From contig CAWJKV010000006.1 of NCBI GenBank assembly GCA_963843555.1, forward strand, positions 1 to 64,000: DNA of 64,000 nucleotides, given 5' to 3'. The position numbers were made by a program, and so were the translations under genes. The notes under the pieces are model-generated. The model was not told the origin of the DNA. It saw nothing but the letters and a program-made list of their open reading frames with translations, and did no database searches. Within the stretch, counting starts at the first letter, position 1; each line of letters opens with the position of its first letter. This DNA is from an uncultured Methanosarcinales archaeon. Its GTDB lineage: Archaea; Halobacteriota; Methanosarcinia; Methanotrichales; Methanotrichaceae. Below are positions 21,214-29,831 of this stretch, one piece after another.

Positions 21214-21408
21214 TCAGTATCTTCTGGGCGGCCTGGATGAACTGGCTGGCTTATGCTTCTGGTAGCAATCGCTGCAGTACACTGGCCTGGAGCCATCGGG
21301 CTTGAAGGGAACCTGACATGTCTTTCCGCACTCAGCGCAGGTGGCGTCGTGCATCTCTCTTGGGCCGCTGCTGTAGCCGCCTCTGTTTCCGCTTCCGTAT
21401 CTCTCCAT
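21214..21408 (-). CDS. CxxC-x17-CxxC zinc-ribbon protein, copy 2
   Basis: Same core peptide as copy 1, with synonymous DNA differences. Confidence 0.92.
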   Translation of the reverse strand: MERYGSGNRGGYSSGPREMHDATCAECGKTCQVPFKPDGSRPVYCSDCYQKHKPASSSRPPRRY

Positions 21409-21567
21409 TTTAATTCACTTACCTTTGGGCATCGATTCCATGAATCGATCCTACTACAAAACATCCCATCAAACTCAATTGAAGCGACGCCTATGCAGCT
21501 TTTTACGGAAAGATAGGCTATTTGATATACCTTTCGGTCATGGCAAGTGAAGCTTTGAAATCACATT

Positions 21568-23868
21568 TTATCCTTTATACTCCCCGCCCACAAGCTCCCG
21601 GATCCGCTCCGCGATCTTGGGCCCCACCATCTCCACCTCTTGCAGCTCCTCTTGCCTCGCGGTCATTATCCTCTCGATGGACCCGAAGTGTTTGAGCAGG
21701 TTCCTTGCCACCCTCGGCCCCACGCTCGGTATGGACGAGATCAGGTACTCCTGCTGCTCTTTCAGCGTCCGGGCGGTTTTGTGGCCGTGCACCTTCGGCT
21801 CGTGTCCCTCCTTCTGCTCCCGGCTGGCGAGCAGGGCGATGACGGATGCCGTCTCATCCTGATCTTCTGTGGGAATGATGGGGACCCCATAATCAACTGC
21901 CACTGCCGCCAGAGCCCCACGAATGGAGCTGGGGTTCACCTGGCGGGTGTAGAGGTCCCTCCCTTCGAGGATCAAAACCGGCCGGTCGTAGGTTCGAGTA
22001 AGGTCTCTGATCTGCCGGAATAGGTTTCTCTCCGGATCGATTATCGAGGCTACAAAATCCGAAGCCGTCTTCCGCTCGATAGCCACCCTGTCGCTGACCA
22101 CATAGTCGCCCACCTCCAGATTTCTGAGGGTGACCTCCATCCCTCTGGCCTCCAGGAGCTTCGCCATCCCTCGCTCCCGGGGGTCCACATAGATTCTGCC
22201 CGGCATTAGCTCTTGAATTTGAGTTTGCTCCTGCACTTCCATCTGATCTTCAACCGGGCTTTCAGCTGGGCTCTCATCGATGCTTGTCAACTGCTCGGTT
22301 ATCTGCAGCTGACGGGGCATGAACTCCCTTGCCAATGACTCCGATGTTTGGCCGCTGAGACTACGCATCTGCCTGTTCATGGTCTTTTCTTTGCGGTCGC
22401 TGATCCAGTAGTACGCCTCATCCCGCGTTCCTTTGGCCATCAGTACTACCACTCTCCCGCTTCTGGCCCGGCCCGTTCTGCCTTTGCGCTGAATGCTGCG
22501 AATCTCGGAGGGCACAGGCTCGTAAAATAGGACCATATCCGTGGCAGGGATATCGATTCCCTCTTCCCCCACCGAGGTGGCAATGAGGACATTGAACTCG
22601 CCTGCTCGAAATTTCTGCAGTATCTCGGCCTGCTTCTTCTGGCTCAAACCAATATCCTCCTCCCGGCTGGACTGTCCCACGAATCGCACAGCTTTGATGA
22701 CGGGATCGTCCTTCAGGAACCTGAGCAAAGACGATGCAGTATCCCGGTAATTTGTAAAGACCATGATGCGGGATTCAGGCCTGGCCTCGATCTGCTCATG
22801 CAAGATCTTTTTTACCGCCGCGGGCTTGGGATGCTCCACCTCCAGCGTCTGCAAGGCATCCATTGCCTGGCGGAACTTTGCGTCTTGCATGATCCTTCGT
22901 GACGCCTTGGAGCCGCTCCTGGAGAGCGCCTCCCCCTGCAGCCTCTGAAAATAGCTTACCAGGGCATCTGCCCCCTGGGTCTCGGCCAGCTCGACGGCAT
23001 GATGGAGCTTGAGGACCTCTGCCAGAAGGGAGATTCCCTTAAATGTAGCCTGATTTGCCTCCCTCTTGGCAGAGGACATCAACATGGCCTGCAGCCCCAG
23101 GAGCTCCTTCATGGAGGCTCTCGAATCGATTCTGGCCGGGCTGATGCCGAGCAGATTCAGGTCGTCGATCCGAGCTTTGAGAACCTCCTCGATGGCAGTT
23201 CTGATATCGAGCAGCTCTTTTGGAACCGTCAGCTTCACCCACTCGATCTCCCGCTGATGGACAAAAGGCGCAACATCAGAATCATTTTCTGTCCGGGTCT
23301 GCACCTTTTCGATTGAGAGGTTGGTGCAGATCTCAGCAATCTTCTCGCTCTGGCTGCCGGGGCTGGCGGTGATGCCCAGGACCAGAGGATTTGTCGCCTC
23401 GCGGATGTAACGCTCCGCGATGTAGACGTAAGCGTAGTTTCCCACAGCCCTGTGGGCCTCATCAAATATCACCAGCGAGACGTCCTTGAGATCGATCCTT
23501 CGAGAGAGAAGGTCGTTTTCGATCACTTGTGGGGTTGATGTTATTATGCGAGCACCTTCCCAGGATAAGACCCGCTTCTCTGGCACTGTCTCTCCGGTCA
23601 TCATGGCGACTTCGTCTTCGTCTTTGAGCACCCGGCGCAAGAAAGTTGCATGCTGTTCTACCAGAGGCTTGGTCGGAGCCAGAAAGAGAACCTTGCCTTT
23701 GTCCAGTCGAGCCAGGAGCACCATGAGAGCTATGACCGTCTTGCCGAGTCCCGTGGGAACAACTATGAGGCATGAGGACTTAAGCGCGGTGGCGGCCAGA
23801 TCGAGCTGAAAGAGCCTCTTCTCAACGGTTTGCGGCTTTAGAAGCGGATGCTCCAAAAAGGAGGACAT
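21568..23868 (-). CDS. hef: Hef helicase/nuclease (FANCM-like SF2 helicase + ERCC4 + HhH)
   Basis: PTGLGKT, DEAH, QRKGRTGR, GDYVV...ERKT nuclease motif, C-terminal HhH pair. Confidence 0.95.
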   Translation of the reverse strand: MSSFLEHPLLKPQTVEKRLFQLDLAATALKSSCLIVVPTGLGKTVIALMVLLARLDKGKVLFLAPTKPLVEQHATFLRRVLKDEDEVAMMTGETVPEKRVLSWEGARIITSTPQVIENDLLSRRIDLKDVSLVIFDEAHRAVGNYAYVYIAERYIREATNPLVLGITASPGSQSEKIAEICTNLSIEKVQTRTENDSDVAPFVHQREIEWVKLTVPKELLDIRTAIEEVLKARIDDLNLLGISPARIDSRASMKELLGLQAMLMSSAKREANQATFKGISLLAEVLKLHHAVELAETQGADALVSYFQRLQGEALSRSGSKASRRIMQDAKFRQAMDALQTLEVEHPKPAAVKKILHEQIEARPESRIMVFTNYRDTASSLLRFLKDDPVIKAVRFVGQSSREEDIGLSQKKQAEILQKFRAGEFNVLIATSVGEEGIDIPATDMVLFYEPVPSEIRSIQRKGRTGRARSGRVVVLMAKGTRDEAYYWISDRKEKTMNRQMRSLSGQTSESLAREFMPRQLQITEQLTSIDESPAESPVEDQMEVQEQTQIQELMPGRIYVDPRERGMAKLLEARGMEVTLRNLEVGDYVVSDRVAIERKTASDFVASIIDPERNLFRQIRDLTRTYDRPVLILEGRDLYTRQVNPSSIRGALAAVAVDYGVPIIPTEDQDETASVIALLASREQKEGHEPKVHGHKTARTLKEQQEYLISSIPSVGPRVARNLLKHFGSIERIMTARQEELQEVEMVGPKIAERIRELVGGEYKG

Positions 23869-23973
23869 GAGTGGTCATTTGCAGAGTCATGGTATTAAAT
23901 ATCACTGTATAATATGATTGTGTTTAAAGTAAAATGTCAAAAGCAAAAATGCCAGGATAGGGTCACAGCGACT

Positions 23974-24825
23974 TCAAGCCGGTATGAATCCATTCTCAGT
24001 GGCTATCTTCTGGCCGTCCGGGCTCAGAACATAATCGATGAAGGCCTTGGCCCCAGGTTCCGGTTCTCCCAGAGTTATGAAGTAAAGCTTGCGAGCCAGA
24101 GTATAAGTTCCATTTTTGATGTTCTCAACCGTCGGCTGGGTGCCGTCTAGAGAGACTACCTTTGTATCTCCTTTCATGACATAGCTGTACCCCATGTAGC
24201 CGATAGCATTATCGCTACCTTGAATAGCTGTCTTAACCTCGGAGCTGTCCGCTGCCTCGATGATTTCGCCTGGAGTTTCCGCCTCTTTGCTCCCCATAAT
24301 GGTCTCAGCGAAGGTGTCTCTTGTTCCAGATCCCGCTTTCCTTCCTATTACGAATATCTCCATATTCGGGCCGTCCAATTCCTCCCAGTTGGTGACGTCT
24401 CCCGCATAGATCTGCTTTAGCTCATCCTTGGTGAGAGCTGTCACTCCAGAATCATATACCTCAGGACTCACCACCAGGCAGATGGCATCAAATCCAACCA
24501 GGAACTCCTTGAATCTTACAGATGGAGTCTCATATCTCTGCCTCTCTTCCAGCTGAATCTCTCGGGAGGCCATGGCGATATCCGATCTACCCTCGGCCAC
24601 ATCGACAATTCCGACACCTGTGCCTCCAGAGGTTACGCTCACATGGTAGTCGTCTTGAAGCAGATTGAACTCCTCGGCGGATAGCTCTGCCAGAGGCATG
24701 ACTGTGCTGGACCCTGAGATCGTAACCTTCAGCTCTCTTGCTTCACTCGATACCGCCCCAAAGGAAAAAACTAGCAACAAGATCAATAGCTTGCATACGA
24801 CTCTCATCAGGACACAATGCACCAT
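23974..24825 (-). CDS. pstS: Phosphate ABC transporter substrate-binding protein
   Basis: SGSSTVMPL, GGTGVG, DIAMASR, GSGTRDTF. Confidence 0.9.
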   Translation of the reverse strand: MVHCVLMRVVCKLLILLLVFSFGAVSSEARELKVTISGSSTVMPLAELSAEEFNLLQDDYHVSVTSGGTGVGIVDVAEGRSDIAMASREIQLEERQRYETPSVRFKEFLVGFDAICLVVSPEVYDSGVTALTKDELKQIYAGDVTNWEELDGPNMEIFVIGRKAGSGTRDTFAETIMGSKEAETPGEIIEAADSSEVKTAIQGSDNAIGYMGYSYVMKGDTKVVSLDGTQPTVENIKNGTYTLARKLYFITLGEPEPGAKAFIDYVLSPDGQKIATENGFIPA

Positions 24826-24908
24826 ACTATTATGTAAGGTTAATGTCGAACTGCCTTAAGATGGCTTCTGCTTCAACAATCAAAAATGTTAAGAAGAGGA
24901 AAGAAGGT

Positions 24909-25739
24909 TCAAATTGGAATAAAACCTTCTTCTGCTGCGATCTTCTGCCCCTCGGATCCCTGCACGAAATCTATGAATTCCCTCGCACCAGGAGTCGGAT
25001 CCCCAAACGTGTAGAAGTAAAGATGCCTTTGCAGCTCATAGATATCCAATTTTATGTTTTCGTAGTTTGGCGGGATCCCATCAAAGGCTATGGCCCGAAC
25101 CCCACCGCCCAGATAGTTGAACCCCAAATAGCCTATTGCCCTGTAGCTTCCCGATATTGCAGTCTTGACCTCGGCACCGCCATTAGCAACTGTATCGACA
25201 CCAGGCGTCTCGGCCTCCCGGCTTCCCAGGACCGCCTCATTGAAGTCGTCCCTGGTTCCAGAACCTTCCTCTCGGGATATTACATATATTTCCTCATCCG
25301 GGCCGCCTACCTGTTTCCAGTTAGCAATGTCTCCGGAATAGATCTTCCGGACCTGCTCCCGGCTTAAACCTTTCACACCGGCCTGGTATATTTTTTCGCT
25401 TACCGCAAGGCTGATACCATCCAGTCCGACCTCGAACTCCCGGAAATTGCCTCCAGATCTCCTCTTTTCTGCCTCAGTCAAAGCACGCGATGCCATGGCT
25501 ATGTCGTACTTGCGCTCTGCAATGCCAAGAATTCCTGCGCCCGTTCCCCCTGCAGTTACACTCACCACATATTCGTGCTGATCGGCATTGAATACCTCCG
25601 CTGTAGCCTCGGCAAGTGGCATCACTGTTGATGATCCGGAGATGGTTACCTCTTTGGCTGATGCCGGCCAGAGAAATATGGATGCAACTGATAGAGCGAT
25701 TAGCAAGATAACAATTATTTTTCTAATGATCCCCACCAA
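24909..25739 (-). CDS. pstS: Phosphate ABC transporter substrate-binding protein (paralog)
   Basis: SGSSTVMPL, GGTGAG, DIAMASR, REEGSGTR. Confidence 0.9.
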   Translation of the reverse strand: MVGIIRKIIVILLIALSVASIFLWPASAKEVTISGSSTVMPLAEATAEVFNADQHEYVVSVTAGGTGAGILGIAERKYDIAMASRALTEAEKRRSGGNFREFEVGLDGISLAVSEKIYQAGVKGLSREQVRKIYSGDIANWKQVGGPDEEIYVISREEGSGTRDDFNEAVLGSREAETPGVDTVANGGAEVKTAISGSYRAIGYLGFNYLGGGVRAIAFDGIPPNYENIKLDIYELQRHLYFYTFGDPTPGAREFIDFVQGSEGQKIAAEEGFIPI

Positions 25740-25847
25740 TTAGAAGTGTATCGGCAAATATGTAAAGCTTATCATCCCAAGTTGGTAGTATATGTAGGAA
25801 ATAATATCTAGAATAGACTTCTCTTTGTATTCAGCCTGCACCATAGA

Positions 25848-26906
25848 TTAAACACGGTCGTATAGGGTCGTCCTTTGTACTGCTTTGCGTCCGCGCCCGA
25901 CTATAAGCCCCACCAACTCCTCTGGGGAAATGCACGGTTCCTCCCTGGCATTGCGAGCGATTCCTTCATCCATGAGCGTTCCCCCCAGGTCGTTGGCACC
26001 CCAATCAAGTGCGGCACCGGCAGCCTGGCGGCCCAGTTTGGTCCAGCTCGCCTGAATGTTTGTGATGCTCGGATAGAGGGCAACCCTGGCCAGAGCATGC
26101 ATCTTCAGCCTATCCAAAAGATCAGCACCTGTAGCAACTCTGCCCAGCAAATTATTCTCGGGAATAAAAGGGAGCATAACCAGCTCTGTGAAACCTCCGG
26201 TCTCCTCCTGGATGCCTTTCAGAATCTCCAGATGCCAGAGGCGATCGGTGAGGCTCTCCACATGGCCGAAGAGCATGGTCGATGTGGAGGGAATTCCTAA
26301 GCCATGGGCAGTCATGATGATCTCCCTCCACTCTCCGGTCGTCAGCTTCTCGGGGCAGATTCTCTGGCGCACGGCATCAACCAGAATCTCTGCCGCAGTG
26401 CCGGGCATGGAGCCAAGGCCGCTATGTTTCAGTTCCACAAGAGCCTCTTTCACCGGAATATCGGAGTTATGAGACATATGCAGCACCTCCATGGGAGAGT
26501 AGGCATGCAGATGCATCCTGGGAAAGTCGCTGTGAATCACTTCCAGGAGCTCGCAGTAATCCTCCAGAAGCATTCCGGGAGCTAAGCCTCCCTGTAGACA
26601 GATCTCCGTGGCACCCGCTTGCTCTGCCTCACTCGAACGCTCCAGAATCTCATCCTTTGTAAGGAAATAGCTATCGTTATGCTTAAAAGAGCAGAATCTG
26701 CAGCTCCCTATGCACTTATTGGTGAAGTTAATGTTTCTGTTTATGACAAAGGAGACCTCGTCTTTGCAGCTCTTCTGGCGTAATGAATTGGACAATTGAA
26801 AGAGGCGCAGCGGCTGCAACCAGAGCCTTTTCAGCTCGTCTTGATCAGAACACGGGTTGGCAAGAGATATACCTGCGTCCTCAAGCTCCGTTACATCTGA
26901 GATCAT
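25848..26906 (-). CDS. cofH: FO synthase subunit 2 (radical SAM, F420 biosynthesis)
   Basis: NRNINFTNKCIGSCRFCSF, MPGTAAEIL, NIQASW, GANDLGGTLM; start moved to ATG 26906. Confidence 0.9.
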   Translation of the reverse strand: MISDVTELEDAGISLANPCSDQDELKRLWLQPLRLFQLSNSLRQKSCKDEVSFVINRNINFTNKCIGSCRFCSFKHNDSYFLTKDEILERSSEAEQAGATEICLQGGLAPGMLLEDYCELLEVIHSDFPRMHLHAYSPMEVLHMSHNSDIPVKEALVELKHSGLGSMPGTAAEILVDAVRQRICPEKLTTGEWREIIMTAHGLGIPSTSTMLFGHVESLTDRLWHLEILKGIQEETGGFTELVMLPFIPENNLLGRVATGADLLDRLKMHALARVALYPSITNIQASWTKLGRQAAGAALDWGANDLGGTLMDEGIARNAREEPCISPEELVGLIVGRGRKAVQRTTLYDRV

Positions 26907-27442
26907 CAAAGATCCTCTCTCTCCATAGTGCTCGCCATTCTGCGTTCTTTGGGAATCTGACTGACCAGCTTTCCGTGTGAGTACAGACCGCACCCAAGCA
27001 CTTCCCCTCTATAAAATACCACCACATAGCCTGGCTCAGAGTCAGACTCCATTGAAAGGGTCTTGCCTTCCAGGAAGGTCCTGGAGTCTGCTGAGTCCAG
27101 ATGGATCAGGTTCTTTGCAGCATGTCTCCCGAAGATCTGCAGGGCGCTGGTTGTCGGCTTCCAGGGCCGGTCCTTCAGGTTCATGATGCGCATTCCAATG
27201 GCTTCGTAACTGAGCCTGGGTAGATCGGAATCATTGAGGGCCCAGACGCTATTTGCTTTCCGGAAGAATATGTAACCGGAGAATATGGACTCAGGGATGC
27301 CAAACCGGGAACACCAGAGATCTGCCACAAAGGAAGCTTCCAGAGGCTCAAAGATATTCCTAGTTCTTGATGAGTTTGGCGACAAAGAATCCTCCTGTGT
27401 CATTAAGGTGGGGGTAGTAGCGGACAGTTCGCTGCAATTCAT
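26906..27442 (-). CDS. PUA/NIP7-like RNA-binding partner of the m5C methyltransferase; start uncertain
   Basis: RFGIP, GMRIM...KPTT.ALQ, GYVVV....VLGCG; lies directly downstream of the RsmB/NOP gene. Confidence 0.7.
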   Translation of the reverse strand: MNCSELSATTPTLMTQEDSLSPNSSRTRNIFEPLEASFVADLWCSRFGIPESIFSGYIFFRKANSVWALNDSDLPRLSYEAIGMRIMNLKDRPWKPTTSALQIFGRHAAKNLIHLDSADSRTFLEGKTLSMESDSEPGYVVVFYRGEVLGCGLYSHGKLVSQIPKERRMASTMEREDL

Positions 27443-28247
27443 GATTTATGTGTTCGCCATTCCAATCCGTTATTCCGGGGCAGCCCTTGAGACCAGGAAT
27501 CGATATCTCCTCCAGTCGAGCCATATCAAGCACATTTTCCACCACCAATTCATTCTCCTCTGGAGCATAGGTGCAGGTGGAGTAGACAACCACTCCACCT
27601 GGCTTTGTCAGCCGCAAAGCATTCTTCAAGAGGCCAATCTGCAGTGCCTGCAAATCCAGTGATCTCTTGCAGCTGCTTCTGGCCAGAACTCCTGGTCCCT
27701 TTCTCTCCCGGCCTTCGCTGGAGCAGGGAGCGTCCACTAAGATCCGATCGAATAGGACGTTTGGAAATTTGCGGCCATCATAACGGGTGACGGCCACATT
27801 CATAACGCCCAGCCGCTCGCAGTTCGAGCGCAGGGGTGCCACCCTTGCCAGAGATGGCTCATTGGCTATAACCAGTCCCTTATTCTCCATCATCTGCGAG
27901 ATCTGACAGGTTTTGCTGCCGGGAGAGGCGCACAGATCCAGAACCTGTTCGCCGGGCTGGGGGTCCAGCACAAGAGGCGGAACCATTGATAGCTCTTCCT
28001 GGATGTGGATGTAACCCAGGAGGTTCTCTAGCAGCTTTCCAGGGCTCTCCATATCCAGCTTCAGGCCCAGCGGATACCAGCGGAAAGTTTGATAGATTAT
28101 GCCCTCCTCATCGAGACGCTCCCGCAGACGTTGGCCATCCATCTTCAGCGTGTTGATACGGGCAGTTGCAGGGAGGGGCAGAGATTGAACTCTGATGAAA
28201 TGATCGAAATTGGGCACTATCTCCCGATACCTTTGCAGGCTATCCAT
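27360..28247 (-). CDS. RsmB/NOP2/Sun family RNA cytosine-C5 methyltransferase
   Basis: LDLCASPGSKT, DAPCS, YSTCT...ENE, GGFFVA. Confidence 0.93.
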   Translation of the reverse strand: MDSLQRYREIVPNFDHFIRVQSLPLPATARINTLKMDGQRLRERLDEEGIIYQTFRWYPLGLKLDMESPGKLLENLLGYIHIQEELSMVPPLVLDPQPGEQVLDLCASPGSKTCQISQMMENKGLVIANEPSLARVAPLRSNCERLGVMNVAVTRYDGRKFPNVLFDRILVDAPCSSEGRERKGPGVLARSSCKRSLDLQALQIGLLKNALRLTKPGGVVVYSTCTYAPEENELVVENVLDMARLEEISIPGLKGCPGITDWNGEHINHELQRTVRYYPHLNDTGGFFVAKLIKN

Positions 28248-28389
28248 GAAACTAGCAGGATTCTTTGAAATGAAATAGGTTGTTGTTCAGCGGATAATAA
28301 TGAGCAAAAGGATTTAATAGTCTGATCGCGAGGGTTGGAATTGCGTAAAACTGTTTTGCAGTTTTCGCGAAGGACGGTGATGTATTCTG

Positions 28390-28608
28390 GTGAGCTACAA
28401 CGAAGGCCGATCCTCTATGGACACTCCTGCTCCGGTAGAGGTCGGAAAAGAGTACGAAGTCAATATTGAGGACATTGCCCGTGAAGGCGACGGCATTGCC
28501 CGCGTGGAAGGATTTGTGATCTTCGTGGCTGATACAAAGGTCGGAGACGCGGTCAAAATTCAGATCGACAAAGTTATGAGGCGTTTTGCCATCGGTCATA
28601 AAATCTAG
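28390..28608 (+). CDS. Single TRAM-domain protein (archaeal RNA chaperone)
   Basis: PVEVGKEYEVNIEDIAREGDGIARVEGFVIFV. Confidence 0.92.
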   Translation: MSYNEGRSSMDTPAPVEVGKEYEVNIEDIAREGDGIARVEGFVIFVADTKVGDAVKIQIDKVMRRFAIGHKI

Positions 28609-28627
28609 TTGATGTGGGAAATTTTAT

Positions 28628-29767
28628 TCACGAGGTCAATTTCCTGGATACTTCTTCCAGGTCTGCCAGAAACAGGTCGATATTTGCGTGGGTCATATGG
28701 CTCATTAGGATCAATCTCAACGCTCTGTTCGGTTCACGGGTCATGGAGACATGCCAGTCGCGCTTCATAAGCTCCTCACGCACTTCTGAGGTTCTTGGAA
28801 CCTTCAGGGCCACTACGTTCATAATAGGCTCAATTACAGGCTCAATTCCTATCTGTCTCGCTCCGCTGACCAGATGGCGAGTCAGATCCATGCAATAGTC
28901 GACCATATCTTTGAACCCCTCCCGGCCCAGATGCATCATCACGGCGTAGGTTGCAGCAGCCGCAGCCCCGCTTCTCGTGCCGGTCAAGGATGCTTGTCTC
29001 GCTTTAGTGAGATAATGCGTCTCGGTCTCCAGGGCGCTCAAGCAATCCTGGCCGCGAAAGAGAAGGCCGCCGGCGGGGATGGTGCTCAATCCCATCTTGT
29101 GAGGATCTATGGTTATGGATGAGACACCCGCTACCCTAAAGTCCCAGCGCCAATCTTTTTCCAGGAATGGCAGAACAAATCCGCCGAAGGCAGCGTCTAC
29201 ATGCAGATGAATGCCTCGCTCCACTGCCAGCTCGGCCAGCCCAACAATCGGATCCACCTGGCCGAACTCAGTTGTTCCGGCTATGCCTACCAGGGCCACA
29301 GTCCTATCGTCCAGCAGGGACTCAACCGATGAAAGGTCGACCTTAAGCTCCTGGTCCAAATCGGCTTTGCGCACCTCCAGAGAGAGAAGGTCTCCGATCT
29401 TATCGAATGAGAAGTGAGCCGAGGCTGGGACGACTATATTGCCGTCTTTTTTGCCCGCTTCATTTCTGGCCGCCCGGATGGCCTGGATATTGGACTCTGT
29501 GCCGCCGGTGGAGATGTAGCCCGAGGCAGTTGCGCAGCCCAGGAGTTCTCCCAACATCTGCACAACGCGCTCTTCAAGTTCGGCGGCTCCTGGAAACAAG
29601 CCCGGGTCGCCCAGATTTGTCTCCAAAAACATGTCGTGAGCCCTTACCGCGATGGGGTGAGGCAGAGTGCACATGGTTGAGAAGAACCGGTCATAGCTAT
29701 AGTCGCGCTTTTTCGTCTTCTCCAGAATGCTTATTACCTCATTTTCGGGAAGGGCTTTTTCTCTCAT
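28628..29767 (-). CDS. mfnA: L-tyrosine/L-aspartate decarboxylase (PLP-dependent)
   Basis: TNLGDPGLFPG, GGTESN, HVDAAFGG, DPHKMG. Confidence 0.93.
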   Translation of the reverse strand: MREKALPENEVISILEKTKKRDYSYDRFFSTMCTLPHPIAVRAHDMFLETNLGDPGLFPGAAELEERVVQMLGELLGCATASGYISTGGTESNIQAIRAARNEAGKKDGNIVVPASAHFSFDKIGDLLSLEVRKADLDQELKVDLSSVESLLDDRTVALVGIAGTTEFGQVDPIVGLAELAVERGIHLHVDAAFGGFVLPFLEKDWRWDFRVAGVSSITIDPHKMGLSTIPAGGLLFRGQDCLSALETETHYLTKARQASLTGTRSGAAAAATYAVMMHLGREGFKDMVDYCMDLTRHLVSGARQIGIEPVIEPIMNVVALKVPRTSEVREELMKRDWHVSMTREPNRALRLILMSHMTHANIDLFLADLEEVSRKLTS

Positions 29768-29831
29768 CTCCGATCACATATCTCTTTCGTTAATTCTTTT
29801 TTTCTTTTCGCTTTGACAGTACACAACTGCT

